Below are positions 47,604-56,838 of a stretch of DNA of 64,000 bases, in pieces. The notes below the pieces were generated by a model, which was not told where the DNA came from, ran no database searches, and saw only the letters and a program-made list of their open reading frames with translations. The stretch comes from a virus. How positions within the stretch are numbered: the first letter of the stretch is position 1; each line of letters opens with the position of its first letter. The position numbers and the translations under genes were made by a program. The stretch spans positions 48,532 to 112,531 of IMG/VR virus record IMGVR_UViG_3300034112_000721; one strand, written 5' to 3'.

Positions 47604-47876
47604 ATGCAATATCAGTTACCAAATGGAAAGGTTATATACCTAACAATTGAAGAGTATTTAGAACTTACAGATCTAGATATACAATTCTTAATGTCCATTG
47701 ATTATGGTGAACACATTATAGATCCTTTTATTGGTTCTGCTGTTGAGAAAAACACCAGAGAAAAATTTATTGATATAGACTTTCTTCCACTAGAAGATTA
47801 TGACCTTAATGATATACCATCAGATGATTGTCCATTTGATGATATCATTGACTTAGAGGATCCACTGGATAACTAA
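47604..47876 (+). CDS. Hypothetical acidic protein
   Basis: YQLPNGK.IYLTIEEYL with a very acidic tail. Confidence 0.65.
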   Translation: MQYQLPNGKVIYLTIEEYLELTDLDIQFLMSIDYGEHIIDPFIGSAVEKNTREKFIDIDFLPLEDYDLNDIPSDDCPFDDIIDLEDPLDN

Positions 47877-47993
47877 TATTGCTAATCGCGATATGCAATA
47901 TTAACACTTATCACTTAGCTTGAGTAACTAATGATATAGTACAATTCTACTCAAACAATCTATTTATTTATTTATTTATTAAAAACAAGAATT

Positions 47994-48470
47994 ATGAATT
48001 CAACAGTTAAAGTTGTAGCTGATGCTACTACAGGTGCAGTAGTTAGAGTTTCTGAATCTAACCCAGAGTTTGCAAGTGTAAGATTAGAGCAAACACGTAT
48101 GGTAATTGGAAACAATAACTTTATTGAAAGAAAAACAGTATCTACTTTGTTGCAAGGTGCTACTGCAGATTTAACAGCTATGGGCTTTTATGCCGGACAA
48201 GAGCTACCAGGTTCTATTGTTATTGAGGAGTCATTGACTGCATTTAACAAGAAAAATCCTGAGCGTGATCTTAAGATTGCTGGAGAAACAGGTATTGTTT
48301 GTACTGTAGGTGGGCAACCAATCTACCGTAGAGCAACTTATTCTACTGCATCTAATGCACAAGACACACTTGTTAAGCATGATAATGTAGAACAATTGCG
48401 TTCTGCTTATGCACAAACTAGTAATAGTGCAGCACTTAAATCTGCTGCTGGACAAGAGTTCAATATCTAA
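47994..48470 (+). CDS. Hypothetical beta-rich protein (possibly OB-fold)
   Basis: ORF track; structured leader and its own terminator. Confidence 0.65.
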   Translation: MNSTVKVVADATTGAVVRVSESNPEFASVRLEQTRMVIGNNNFIERKTVSTLLQGATADLTAMGFYAGQELPGSIVIEESLTAFNKKNPERDLKIAGETGIVCTVGGQPIYRRATYSTASNAQDTLVKHDNVEQLRSAYAQTSNSAALKSAAGQEFNI

Positions 48471-48486
48471 GAACTAGATGAAATAT

Positions 48487-48514
48487 AAATGGGGGTCACT
48501 GGCCCCCATTTTTT
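48487..48514 (+). terminator. Intrinsic terminator
   Basis: AAATGGGGG...CCCCCATTT followed by a T-run. Confidence 0.8.
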
Positions 48515-48533
48515 ATTATTATGATTTATTAAT

Positions 48534-49034
48534 ATGAAAATGTATAAAATGGAAAAGTTAAAACAGGAAATTAGAAGTTATCAGTTAAATGCAGGTAAAA
48601 CCTACATGCAATATGAATCAGATGGATACTCTCAATATCAGAATTATCTGTACAAAAGAGCACTATATGGTTTAAATGCACTGACACAAGAAGAACTTGC
48701 TTCAATGTGTAGCAAAAAGAAACAAAGGGTGCTTAATGTGTATAAGCGTGCACAGAAGGTACTTAATGTATTCAAACAAAAGGTTACTATTCAGTATACT
48801 AATGAGATATTCAAGACTCTATTCCCAAAGAGCCCTTGGACAGATGACATGCTTACATACGTGGAAACAGATGAGAAATTTGTAAACACTTTAACTTTTA
48901 AAGATTTAAATATATCCAAAAAGGATATTATCACTATCTTTATGTCTGAGGGTATTCTTCCCAAAAACTTTTTAAGTTTAAAAGAAGCACCAGTAACATT
49001 ACCAAGATTAAAGAATGAAGTTAAAAGTATGTGA
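48534..49034 (+). CDS. Hypothetical protein
   Basis: ORF track. Confidence 0.65.
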   Translation: MKMYKMEKLKQEIRSYQLNAGKTYMQYESDGYSQYQNYLYKRALYGLNALTQEELASMCSKKKQRVLNVYKRAQKVLNVFKQKVTIQYTNEIFKTLFPKSPWTDDMLTYVETDEKFVNTLTFKDLNISKKDIITIFMSEGILPKNFLSLKEAPVTLPRLKNEVKSM

Positions 49035-49419
49035 TGGCTGTCAAAAAGAGACAGTAATATGGAAGAACCATGGGGGATTTAAATACTGTAAATATTGTTG
49101 GAGTTGCCAAAAAGCCATTGATAGTAACAGTGTACAGAAACCAACTGACTATAAAATTCCCCAGGTTTCTTCTAAACGGAAGAAAAAAGACCAAGAGTAT
49201 TTAAAGCTAAGAAACAGGTTTCTTACTGATTTCAGTCTATGTCAGATTGCAGTAAAAGGTTGTAGTGTTAATGCTACAGATGTACACCACACATATGCTG
49301 GTGCTAACAGAGATGCCTTTTATTTGGTACAGTCTACATGGCTTGCAGTTTGTAGAAACTGTCATGATTGGATTCATGCTCATCCAAAAGAATCAAGAGC
49401 ATTTGGTTACTTAAAATAA
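49015..49419 (+). CDS. HNH-family nuclease with N-terminal Zn finger
   Basis: CxxC..CxxC; DVHH...LAVCRNCHDWIH. Confidence 0.75.
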   Translation: MKLKVCDGCQKETVIWKNHGGFKYCKYCWSCQKAIDSNSVQKPTDYKIPQVSSKRKKKDQEYLKLRNRFLTDFSLCQIAVKGCSVNATDVHHTYAGANRDAFYLVQSTWLAVCRNCHDWIHAHPKESRAFGYLK

Positions 49420-49429
49420 TTTAAAATTT

Positions 49430-50173
49430 ATGATTATGAATATGATTGGAAAAGAACTAAAAGTAAACACAACTACAGATTATTCAAAGTTTGCTGTACT
49501 ACCTATGAACAGAGGTATTGATAGCAAGCATGTACAAAAGATGATTGCTAGTATCCGTAAAATGGGAGTACTAAGATGTGTTATCACAACAACCACTAAT
49601 ATAATAGAGGGTGAAAATAAAAGATACATTATTGATGGTCAGCATCTTGCTACTGCATTAGAAAGAGAAGAAATGCCCATTCCTTATATTGAGATTAATG
49701 TAGAATCAGAACAAGATTTAGTTGAAAAAATGGCTTATCTTAATAACTCATCTAAGTCTTGGGATTTAATGAATTACATTAATGCATGGAAAATGATTCA
49801 GCCAGACTACATGAAGTTATTCAAGTGGAAGAACATGTATGACATAGAAATAACTATGTTAGCTGCAATTGGTATTAATAATGCTGGTTTTAAGAGCAGT
49901 TCACAAAGCATAAAGACAGGTGATTTTAGAATTACTAATCCAAATGCAGAAGATATGTGTAAAGCATTTAATGATATCTTCTTAAAGATTGGTATGTCTG
50001 AGCGGTCAGTAAAGTTTCAGTTTCTCACAGCATTCTTACAAGCTTATGGTAATTATAACCATGAGAAGGTAATTGCTAATCTTGATAAACATCTTAAAAC
50101 TGTAAAGCTTATGATGAATGGAGATGAAACTGCTACTTATATCAGACGTAAAATATTTAATTTACCAAAATAA
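49430..50173 (+). CDS. ParB/Srx-like N-terminal domain protein
   Basis: NR.I...HV..M..SI...G and YIIDGQH...A. Confidence 0.75.
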   Translation: MIMNMIGKELKVNTTTDYSKFAVLPMNRGIDSKHVQKMIASIRKMGVLRCVITTTTNIIEGENKRYIIDGQHLATALEREEMPIPYIEINVESEQDLVEKMAYLNNSSKSWDLMNYINAWKMIQPDYMKLFKWKNMYDIEITMLAAIGINNAGFKSSSQSIKTGDFRITNPNAEDMCKAFNDIFLKIGMSERSVKFQFLTAFLQAYGNYNHEKVIANLDKHLKTVKLMMNGDETATYIRRKIFNLPK

Positions 50174-51267
50174 TGGAAAGACAGGAAATACAAGATGAAG
50201 CTCTAAAAGCAACTGAGGGAAAGCAAAGGTGCACCATAGTACTTGGTACGGGTGTAGGCAAAACTCTTGTTGGTCTAAAGCACATGGCAAAATATTACTC
50301 TCCATTGCAAAGTATTCTGATTGTTGCTCCTAAACTTTCTATCATAAGCTCATGGAGATATGAAGCTGAGAAATTTGGATTAAGTAAAGTGCTTGAGGGT
50401 GCTACTTTTTCTACTTATCTGAGCTTAAATAAACATAATCCTAATGATTATGATGCAGTTTATTTTGATGAAGTCCACAGTTTATTAGATAGTCACAGAT
50501 CTTTTCTTAATAGTTATGCGGGTAGAGTACTGGGTTTAACCGGTACTCCACCCAAGCATAAGAACTCTGAGAAAGGTAGATTAGTATCAGAATATTGTCC
50601 AGTTGTCTACACTTTTAAGGCAGATGATGCAATAGAAAATGGTATTATTAATGACTATCAAATAATTGTGCATGAAATTAATCTTGACACTGCCAAGAAC
50701 TATAAAGTATCAACACAGAAAGGAAGTTTTATGACATCTGAGTTGCAAAATTATGGTTACTGGGGTACAAGGATTGATACAGGATCAGGGCAACCTCATA
50801 TACTTAGAGTAATGAGAATGAAAGCTATGATGGAGTATCCAAGCAAAGAAAGATATGCAAAAGCTCTGTTATCTAGTATAACAAGCAAGTGCATTGTATT
50901 TGCTAATACTCAAGAACAAGCTGATAGAATGTGTACACATAGCTATCATAGTAACAATCAAGATTCTGAAGAGAATCTACTTGATTTTAAAAATGGTAAG
51001 ATAAATAAACTTTCATGTGTATTGCAATTAAATGAAGGTGTAAACATACCAGGTTTAAAACAAGGTATTATTATGCATGCATATGGTAATGAACGTAAAG
51101 CTAGTCAGAGAATAGGAAGACTTTTGCGTTTAAATCCAGATGATAAAGCTATTGTACATATACTATGCTATGTAGGTACAGTTGATGAGAAATGGGTCAA
51201 GGATGCATTAGAAGACTTTGATCAGACTAAAATAGTATGGAGAAGTTATAGTTTGCAACCAACATAA
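50173..51267 (+). CDS. Superfamily 2 (DExH) helicase
   Basis: GTGVGKT, DEVH, LTGT, EGVN and QRIGRLLR motifs. Confidence 0.9.
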   Translation: MERQEIQDEALKATEGKQRCTIVLGTGVGKTLVGLKHMAKYYSPLQSILIVAPKLSIISSWRYEAEKFGLSKVLEGATFSTYLSLNKHNPNDYDAVYFDEVHSLLDSHRSFLNSYAGRVLGLTGTPPKHKNSEKGRLVSEYCPVVYTFKADDAIENGIINDYQIIVHEINLDTAKNYKVSTQKGSFMTSELQNYGYWGTRIDTGSGQPHILRVMRMKAMMEYPSKERYAKALLSSITSKCIVFANTQEQADRMCTHSYHSNNQDSEENLLDFKNGKINKLSCVLQLNEGVNIPGLKQGIIMHAYGNERKASQRIGRLLRLNPDDKAIVHILCYVGTVDEKWVKDALEDFDQTKIVWRSYSLQPT

Positions 51268-51283
51268 TTCTTATATTTATTAT

Positions 51284-51538
51284 ATGGAAGACTTAGCAAC
51301 ACACAAACTTGTTTTGCATAATGATGACAAGAATTCATTTTTATATGTAATTGCTTGTCTTATAAGATTTTGTGAGCACCAACCAACACAAGCAGAGCAA
51401 TGTGCATTGCTTGTGCATGAGATGGGAAGATGCACTGTAAAATCTGGAGACTACTTAAAGATGCTTGAGATTTCAGAATCTTTGCGTAATTTAGATCTTA
51501 AAACATCAGTAGAACAATATGAGGGCAATTTGCATTGA
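51284..51538 (+). CDS. clpS: ClpS-like N-degron adaptor
   Basis: LVLHNDD.N.F.YVI..L...A...A..VH..G...V..G. Confidence 0.85.
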   Translation: MEDLATHKLVLHNDDKNSFLYVIACLIRFCEHQPTQAEQCALLVHEMGRCTVKSGDYLKMLEISESLRNLDLKTSVEQYEGNLH

Positions 51539-51794
51539 TGCTTCAAATAAACCAAGTAAGATACCAGATAGTGAGTGGATTGTAGAGGGTGAAGTTTATA
51601 CTATTACAAGAATAGTAAGGATGGGATTACAACAAAACAAGTTTGGCGTTCTATTAAAAGAAATAAAACTATCTACTAGCTCATTCCCTTATGAAGTTTA
51701 TGATGCTGACAGATTTTTACCAATTGATTTATTAGCTGAAGCATTTAAAAAAGAAGAAGAAACAGTTAAAGAAGCTGATTTAGAATTAATTTAA
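51519..51794 (+). CDS. Hypothetical protein
   Basis: ICID...G.VYTI...RF pattern of small SH3-like phage proteins. Confidence 0.6.
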   Translation: MRAICIDASNKPSKIPDSEWIVEGEVYTITRIVRMGLQQNKFGVLLKEIKLSTSSFPYEVYDADRFLPIDLLAEAFKKEEETVKEADLELI

Positions 51795-51799
51795 ATTTT

Positions 51800-51985
51800 A
51801 TGGAAGAGAGACACTGGGTGATGTTATACAACATAGCATTGTTGTACATCATAATTGGACAGATGTTTGCTTTATATTTCTGGTATGTATTTGCACAGAA
51901 CCACGGATTTTTAGCATCAGTATTTATTGGACCAATTGTAGGTGAGATCAAAGGTCTCTTGTTCCCATTTTTTATATGGACATGA
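51800..51985 (+). CDS. Small membrane protein
   Basis: Two hydrophobic segments. Confidence 0.55.
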   Translation: MEERHWVMLYNIALLYIIIGQMFALYFWYVFAQNHGFLASVFIGPIVGEIKGLLFPFFIWT

Positions 51986-52476
51986 GAGATGATGTATTAG
52001 AGCTCTACAAAGTTGCAAATAAAGATATTGTAGATGTCATTGAGAAGTTTAATCTCACAGCAAAGACCAGAAAAAGAGGTATAGTATATAAAAGATACTA
52101 TTTATACTATGTACTGACATCAAAAAGATTTCTTAGTTATAGTATGACCGGTAAGTTTTTTGGTAAGGATCATTCAACCATCTGTCATGGACTTAAGTTA
52201 CATGATTACTGGTGGAAGAAAAAAGATATGAATTATCTAACTGAAATCAATCCTGTATATGAGTTACTAAAGAATGAGAGAATAGATGATGGTCTGTTTG
52301 GTTTTGAGGTTCAACATCTTGGTGAGGAAGAAACAAAGGTCATTATAACAGGTAACTTTGATTGGAGAATATTAGAAAAATTGCCCAGTAGGATGGCAAG
52401 AGAAGAATTAATTAAAATATTTAAAGAGTATGGGAAGAATGAAAGAGATCTATATTCAGATAATGAATGCAAATGA
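51976..52476 (+). CDS. DnaA-C-terminal-like HTH protein
   Basis: S....G..FGKDHSTI.HG matches the DnaA domain IV (RDHTTV.H) pattern. Confidence 0.7.
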   Translation: MDMRDDVLELYKVANKDIVDVIEKFNLTAKTRKRGIVYKRYYLYYVLTSKRFLSYSMTGKFFGKDHSTICHGLKLHDYWWKKKDMNYLTEINPVYELLKNERIDDGLFGFEVQHLGEEETKVIITGNFDWRILEKLPSRMAREELIKIFKEYGKNERDLYSDNECK

Positions 52477-52660
52477 TGGTATACCAGAAGAGATGACCAT
52501 TCAGGACTTTTTAAAAATGAGAGATTTAAACATTTATCATTGGAAAGAATATGAAAGAGCGCAAGAAAGAGCCAGATTACAACTTAATAAACAAGAAGAT
52601 CTGGGAGAGACTACAAAAGATTCTGAAGGAGAATCCATCAGAAGAGAAGCAAACAATTAA
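52430..52660 (+). CDS. Hypothetical protein
   Basis: ORF track. Confidence 0.55.
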   Translation: MGRMKEIYIQIMNANDGIPEEMTIQDFLKMRDLNIYHWKEYERAQERARLQLNKQEDLGETTKDSEGESIRREANN

Positions 52661-52672
52661 AAAACCAAAAAA

Positions 52673-53125
52673 ATGAAAAGATTATTAGTATTAGCAAGTA
52701 TTAGTTTATTTAGTTTTAGTGCATTATCACAGTGGGTAGTTGAGAAGATTGATAATGGATTTGATACTCCTTATAAAATTGCATACACTGAAGATGGTCA
52801 GAGTGAGTTTTTGAAACTTGAAAACTACAAGGGTATTGCATTCTATATTGGTGGGGTGTATGTATGTGATGAGTCTGTTACTGTAGATATTTCATTTTTA
52901 GTAAATGGAGAGTACAAAAAATACAGTGTTACAGGCAGAACATCTGAGAACCGTAAAACCTTATTTATGGTAGATGATCTTAATTCAGATTTAAGTTTTT
53001 TAGCTGATTTTAAAGCTGCATCATCTGTAAGAATAAGAGTTAATGATACTACATGTGATACAGAAATCTATGAATTTAAAATGACAGGTAGTACTGCAGC
53101 ATACAATTCTATAAGTAATCCGTGA
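52673..53125 (+). CDS. Hypothetical exported protein
   Basis: Bacteroidota-style signal peptide ending in Q (SALSQW). Confidence 0.65.
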   Translation: MKRLLVLASISLFSFSALSQWVVEKIDNGFDTPYKIAYTEDGQSEFLKLENYKGIAFYIGGVYVCDESVTVDISFLVNGEYKKYSVTGRTSENRKTLFMVDDLNSDLSFLADFKAASSVRIRVNDTTCDTEIYEFKMTGSTAAYNSISNP

Positions 53126-53337
53126 AACACTTTATAAAATATCTATTGGTATGGATAAGCCAAAACTTGTCCATACCATTTTGGATGGTGGGGCATATAC
53201 ATCTCTCAGTAAATGTGTATGAGGACATTCATGAGATACTTATGTCACTGGGAATGAACATTATAGTTGCAATTGGATTTATTATTGATTATAGAGATTC
53301 AAGAAAAAGTAGTAATTTAGAAGAAAAAAATGAGTGA
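53122..53337 (+). CDS. Small membrane protein
   Basis: ORF track; hydrophobic. Confidence 0.55.
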   Translation: MKHFIKYLLVWISQNLSIPFWMVGHIHLSVNVYEDIHEILMSLGMNIIVAIGFIIDYRDSRKSSNLEEKNE

Positions 53338-53548
53338 TATAACAATGTGCCATGGATTTGAATGTCCAGTAAAAGAAAAGTGTAAAAGATTTACTGCTAA
53401 ACCTAATGATCATTGGCAAGCATATTTCCTAGAGCCACCATATGATAAAACTGATACAAGTTTTACATGTGATTTTTACTGGGGAGATAATGCTGAGGCT
53501 GTATGGAAACAGCTAAATGATATTATGGGTATATCTCTACCAGAATAG
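53330..53548 (+). CDS. Small Cys-rich protein (DITMC...CP....C.R)
   Basis: Recurring small phage Zn-binding pattern. Confidence 0.65.
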   Translation: MSDITMCHGFECPVKEKCKRFTAKPNDHWQAYFLEPPYDKTDTSFTCDFYWGDNAEAVWKQLNDIMGISLPE

Positions 53549-53717
53549 TGTTAACCTATAAGACCAAAAGAATAGATAAATTTTAAACCTATAAGCTATG
53601 AAACAAACGGCAGAACAAATAATAGTGCCTTAAGATGCACTATATGATTCAAGTACATAAGAGAAACCAAGAAATTTATAATATAGTGCTATTTAGTGCA
53701 CAAATAAATAAAATAAG

Positions 53718-53927
53718 ATGAAACAAACAGCAGTAGAGTGGTTGGTTGATGAATTAATACTAGAGGGTTTTAATGTTCCTAAAGTTTTTTATGACAAAGC
53801 CAAAGCAATGGAGAAGGAGCAGAGCGGTTATAGTGAAGAAGATGTAATTAAAATTGTAGAAAAAAGTAGAGAAACGGGATTAACTGCGGAGTTTTTACTA
53901 TTAACCTATAAAAAACAAGAACAATGA
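53718..53927 (+). CDS. MKQTAVEWL-type small protein
   Basis: ORF track. Confidence 0.65.
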   Translation: MKQTAVEWLVDELILEGFNVPKVFYDKAKAMEKEQSGYSEEDVIKIVEKSRETGLTAEFLLLTYKKQEQ

Positions 53928-54268
53928 CAACAAAAAGAATTGATAGTCAAATGGAATTAATGGAGTTCATTCATTTATTGCAAGGCAATTTTATAGAAAT
54001 CCCAGAAAATGTTACTTTGCAAATTGATAGCAATTATTTAGAAGCTGATATTTTAGATTCAGCAAAAAGAATTTGGAATATATCAATTGATGATAAATTA
54101 AAAGATTTTAGATTTATGGGTCAAAAGGTATCACTTAAACAACAAGAACAATGAAAACAGAAAAACAACAAACAGCAGTAGAGTGGTTGGTTGATGAATT
54201 AATACTAGAGGGTTTTAATGTTCCTAAAGTTTTTTATGACAAAGCCAAAGCAATGGAGAAGGAGCAGA
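53722..54268 (+). repeat. Exact 102-bp direct repeat (53722-53823 and 54167-54268)
   Basis: Identical AACAAACAGCAGTAGAGTGG...GGAGAAGGAGCAGA in both copies. Confidence 0.9.
53924..54154 (+). CDS. Hypothetical protein
   Basis: ORF track; ATGA overlaps. Confidence 0.6.
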   Translation: MTTKRIDSQMELMEFIHLLQGNFIEIPENVTLQIDSNYLEADILDSAKRIWNISIDDKLKDFRFMGQKVSLKQQEQ

Positions 54269-54357
54269 TAGTTGAGGCATATTATTATGACCCTAATTGT
54301 GATGAAATAAAAGATGACGGAGAACAATACTACAACGAAACCTTTAAATCAGAATAA
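54151..54357 (+). CDS. QTAVEWL-type small protein (paralog of the 53718 ORF)
   Basis: Identical N-terminal half, different C-terminus. Confidence 0.65.
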   Translation: MKTEKQQTAVEWLVDELILEGFNVPKVFYDKAKAMEKEQIVEAYYYDPNCDEIKDDGEQYYNETFKSE

Positions 54358-54358
54358 G

Positions 54359-54583
54359 ATGAAAGCAAAAGAAAAAGCTAAAGAACTATTTAGAAAGTTT
54401 GTTGCCCCAACACAGCAATGGGATGATGTGGATGGTTACATTACTGATGAATATAATTCTAAACAATGTGCACTAATAACAGTTAATGAAATATTAGAAA
54501 TGGACTTACCTATTCTAGAAGAAGATGCGGATACATTTTATGACTATTGGGAAGAAGTTAAACAAGAAATTGAAAAACTATGA
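54359..54583 (+). CDS. Hypothetical protein (KEKAKEL...KQCALI.V.EI...YW.EVKQEIEKL type)
   Basis: Likely start at ATG 54359, just after the preceding stop. Confidence 0.65.
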   Translation: MKAKEKAKELFRKFVAPTQQWDDVDGYITDEYNSKQCALITVNEILEMDLPILEEDADTFYDYWEEVKQEIEKL

Positions 54584-54801
54584 AAGCACAACTAACCTTT
54601 GACCTACTGGAAGACAAATATGAATGGGAGAATGCTATCCGGGCTGATGCTATGTATGCAGCTCTATGGGATATCTCTCAAGATCTTAGAAAACTATGGA
54701 AGTATGAAGAACTTAGTGAGGAAGAGTGGAAGATGGTTGAGAGAATTAGAGATAAGTTTCATGAGATACTGAGTGATCACAACATAAATCTAGAGAAGTA
54801 A
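54580..54801 (+). CDS. Hypothetical protein
   Basis: ORF track. Confidence 0.65.
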   Translation: MKAQLTFDLLEDKYEWENAIRADAMYAALWDISQDLRKLWKYEELSEEEWKMVERIRDKFHEILSDHNINLEK

Positions 54802-54819
54802 CTAAATAAACCAATACAT

Positions 54820-55035
54820 ATGATTATTTTAAGAAAAGGAGAGGAAAGGAAGGGACACAGAGTATTAATTGTAAAAGAGAATGAGCATACCGGAACTAAG
54901 TTTGCAGTGCAAGAAAAGGGCAAGTTCTTATTCTTCTTTACTAAATGGACATTTGTTAGAGACCAAGCTGGGAATGTAAAACTATTTGATTCTAACAAGA
55001 ACGCAAGTGCTTATATCAACTTTAAAAGAAGGTGA
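54820..55035 (+). CDS. Hypothetical protein
   Basis: ORF track; AAACCAAT leader. Confidence 0.6.
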   Translation: MIILRKGEERKGHRVLIVKENEHTGTKFAVQEKGKFLFFFTKWTFVRDQAGNVKLFDSNKNASAYINFKRR

Positions 55036-55913
55036 TAGAAAAAGTCACGCGGAAAACATTTAAAATAAGACCAAGTGGAAGGAGCACTGATTTCATTGCT
55101 CCTTCTTTTGGTTTTGGCTGTTTGTATAACTGTAGTTATTGCTACATGAAAAGACATAAGCCAGAAGGACTGTCTGTAGCAACAAATACTATGGATATCC
55201 TGACAGAGATTAATTCACATGTTTGGTTTGCTGATGTAGAAAAACCTAATCAAACACATCCAGATTATATTACTTATGATATCTCTTGTAATGAAGACTT
55301 TGCTTTGCATGCTAAGTATCATGACTGGAAAGCAATCTTTAAGTTCTTTAGAGACCATCCACTTGCTATGGGTTCATTTGCTACTAAGTATGTAAATACT
55401 GATTTGCTTCAGTTTAATCCAGAGTATAAGATTAGAATTAGATTTAGTCTTATGCCTGAAAAGATTAGGCAAATATTAGAACCTAACACAAGTACAATAG
55501 AAGAGAGATTAAGTGCAGTAACTTTATTTAGTATGGTAAATTATGAAGTACATTTAAACTTTAGTCCTGTAGTTGTATATGACGGGTGGTTGGATGATTA
55601 TAAAGAACTCTTTGAGAGAATAAACTGGCATGCACACACAAGGAATGGTGTACCAGAAAATCTTGCATTTGACGGTTGTAAAGCTGAAGTAATATTTCTT
55701 ACACATAACAAAGATAAACATGAGTACAATGAGAAAAATAAGATCATGGGTGAAGAATTACTTTGGACACCCAGCATACAGGAATCCAAAGAATCCCAGT
55801 ATGGAGGAAAGAACATTAGGTATGCACAGGGATGTAAATCACATTACATTAAACAATTTACAGAGTTACATGATGCCATTATTCCCTGGAACACTATTAG
55901 ATATATATTTTAG
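55032..55913 (+). CDS. Spore photoproduct lyase-like radical SAM protein
   Basis: GCLYNCSYCY (CxxxCxxC), FATK, RIRFSL, EP.TS...ERL.A and W...Y..L match the SplB pattern. Confidence 0.8.
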   Translation: MIEKVTRKTFKIRPSGRSTDFIAPSFGFGCLYNCSYCYMKRHKPEGLSVATNTMDILTEINSHVWFADVEKPNQTHPDYITYDISCNEDFALHAKYHDWKAIFKFFRDHPLAMGSFATKYVNTDLLQFNPEYKIRIRFSLMPEKIRQILEPNTSTIEERLSAVTLFSMVNYEVHLNFSPVVVYDGWLDDYKELFERINWHAHTRNGVPENLAFDGCKAEVIFLTHNKDKHEYNEKNKIMGEELLWTPSIQESKESQYGGKNIRYAQGCKSHYIKQFTELHDAIIPWNTIRYIF

Positions 55914-55914
55914 A

Positions 55915-56319
55915 ATGGAAGCACAAGAAATTAAAAAACTAGTTGCAGCAATTGCTGAAGAACATTATAATATAACAGATGGTGTAGATGGTAATCTAAA
56001 CTATCTGTGGTATATGTATCATAAAGGAACTAAGAAAGATGAGTTCCGGCCTTTTGTATATATGGCTGAGTTAATGTTGTTAAAGAAGTATGATTATATT
56101 ACAACAACAGAGGTACAAAATGTAGTGGAAATGATGAAGTCAGAGGATAAAGATAATCTTACTATGGTTACATTAACTATAGAGAATCTTAGGAATTTAA
56201 GAATTAAAGAACATGGAATATATTCAAAAGAAAACAAAGCATATGCTGAACTAGAGTACACATATGCATTTGATGTATTGAATCATACTGTGTTTTTACA
56301 AACAATGGCAGAAAAATGA
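55915..56319 (+). CDS. Hypothetical protein
   Basis: Likely start MEAQEIK at 55915, right after the SPL stop. Confidence 0.6.
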   Translation: MEAQEIKKLVAAIAEEHYNITDGVDGNLNYLWYMYHKGTKKDEFRPFVYMAELMLLKKYDYITTTEVQNVVEMMKSEDKDNLTMVTLTIENLRNLRIKEHGIYSKENKAYAELEYTYAFDVLNHTVFLQTMAEK

Positions 56320-56582
56320 CAGAACAAGAATTAATTAACTTAGGCTTTGATAGAGTAGAAGTCTCAGATAGTGAGAGTCAAAATGGTTATGACTATTATT
56401 ACTATGTATTAGACTTATTACCAGGACTTAGTTTAATATCATCTGGTAATGATGAGAGTCAGGATGGCTGGTGTGTATACAACTTTGATTGGATAAATGG
56501 AGATAAGATAACAAAAGATTCTATTCTTCATCTGAAAGAGGTTGCCGTTGCCCAGGGTTATCTAGGTCAACATCTCCACTAA
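56316..56582 (+). CDS. Hypothetical protein
   Basis: MTEQELINLGF start; ORF track. Confidence 0.6.
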   Translation: MTEQELINLGFDRVEVSDSESQNGYDYYYYVLDLLPGLSLISSGNDESQDGWCVYNFDWINGDKITKDSILHLKEVAVAQGYLGQHLH

Positions 56583-56838
56583 GTTTAGTAAGTTGTGCTT
56601 TCTCTGCAAGTATGTTAAACATGATCATAGCAGCAGCAGATTTATAACAATCATCTATCTCAGTTTGGACTATATCCATAGGGACGGGAGTTGTTAGAAC
56701 CTCTCCTGTTCTTAAATGGATTCTAGTACCTGCATCAGGATTCATTACATTAACAAATGAAGTTCTAGTAATGTGTGTTATATTGAGATGTTCAATATAC
56801 TCTCCGTCTTTGTCTTTTAGTACTATTGGTAGAAACAT
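56521..56838 (-). CDS. Hypothetical protein (FlbD-like pattern LN...I....P...T.I.L..G)
   Basis: TAATG-coupled to the phosphoesterase gene. Confidence 0.55.
   Translation of the reverse strand: MFLPIVLKDKDGEYIEHLNITHITRTSFVNVMNPDAGTRIHLRTGEVLTTPVPMDIVQTEIDDCYKSAAAMIMFNILAEKAQLTKLSGDVDLDNPGQRQPLSDEE

Noticed and set aside
49015-50173. Mobile homing endonuclease or plasmid partition system
   Set aside because: The HNH is short and operon-embedded, and there is no ParA or parS array beside the ParB-like gene.
53722-54268. Diversity-generating retroelement TR/VR pair
   Set aside because: The copies are identical with no A-specific mismatches, and there is no reverse transcriptase in the window.
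55720-55914. N-terminal extension of ORF 55720-56319
   Set aside because: It overlaps the SP-lyase gene out of frame; ATG 55915 follows that gene's stop directly.
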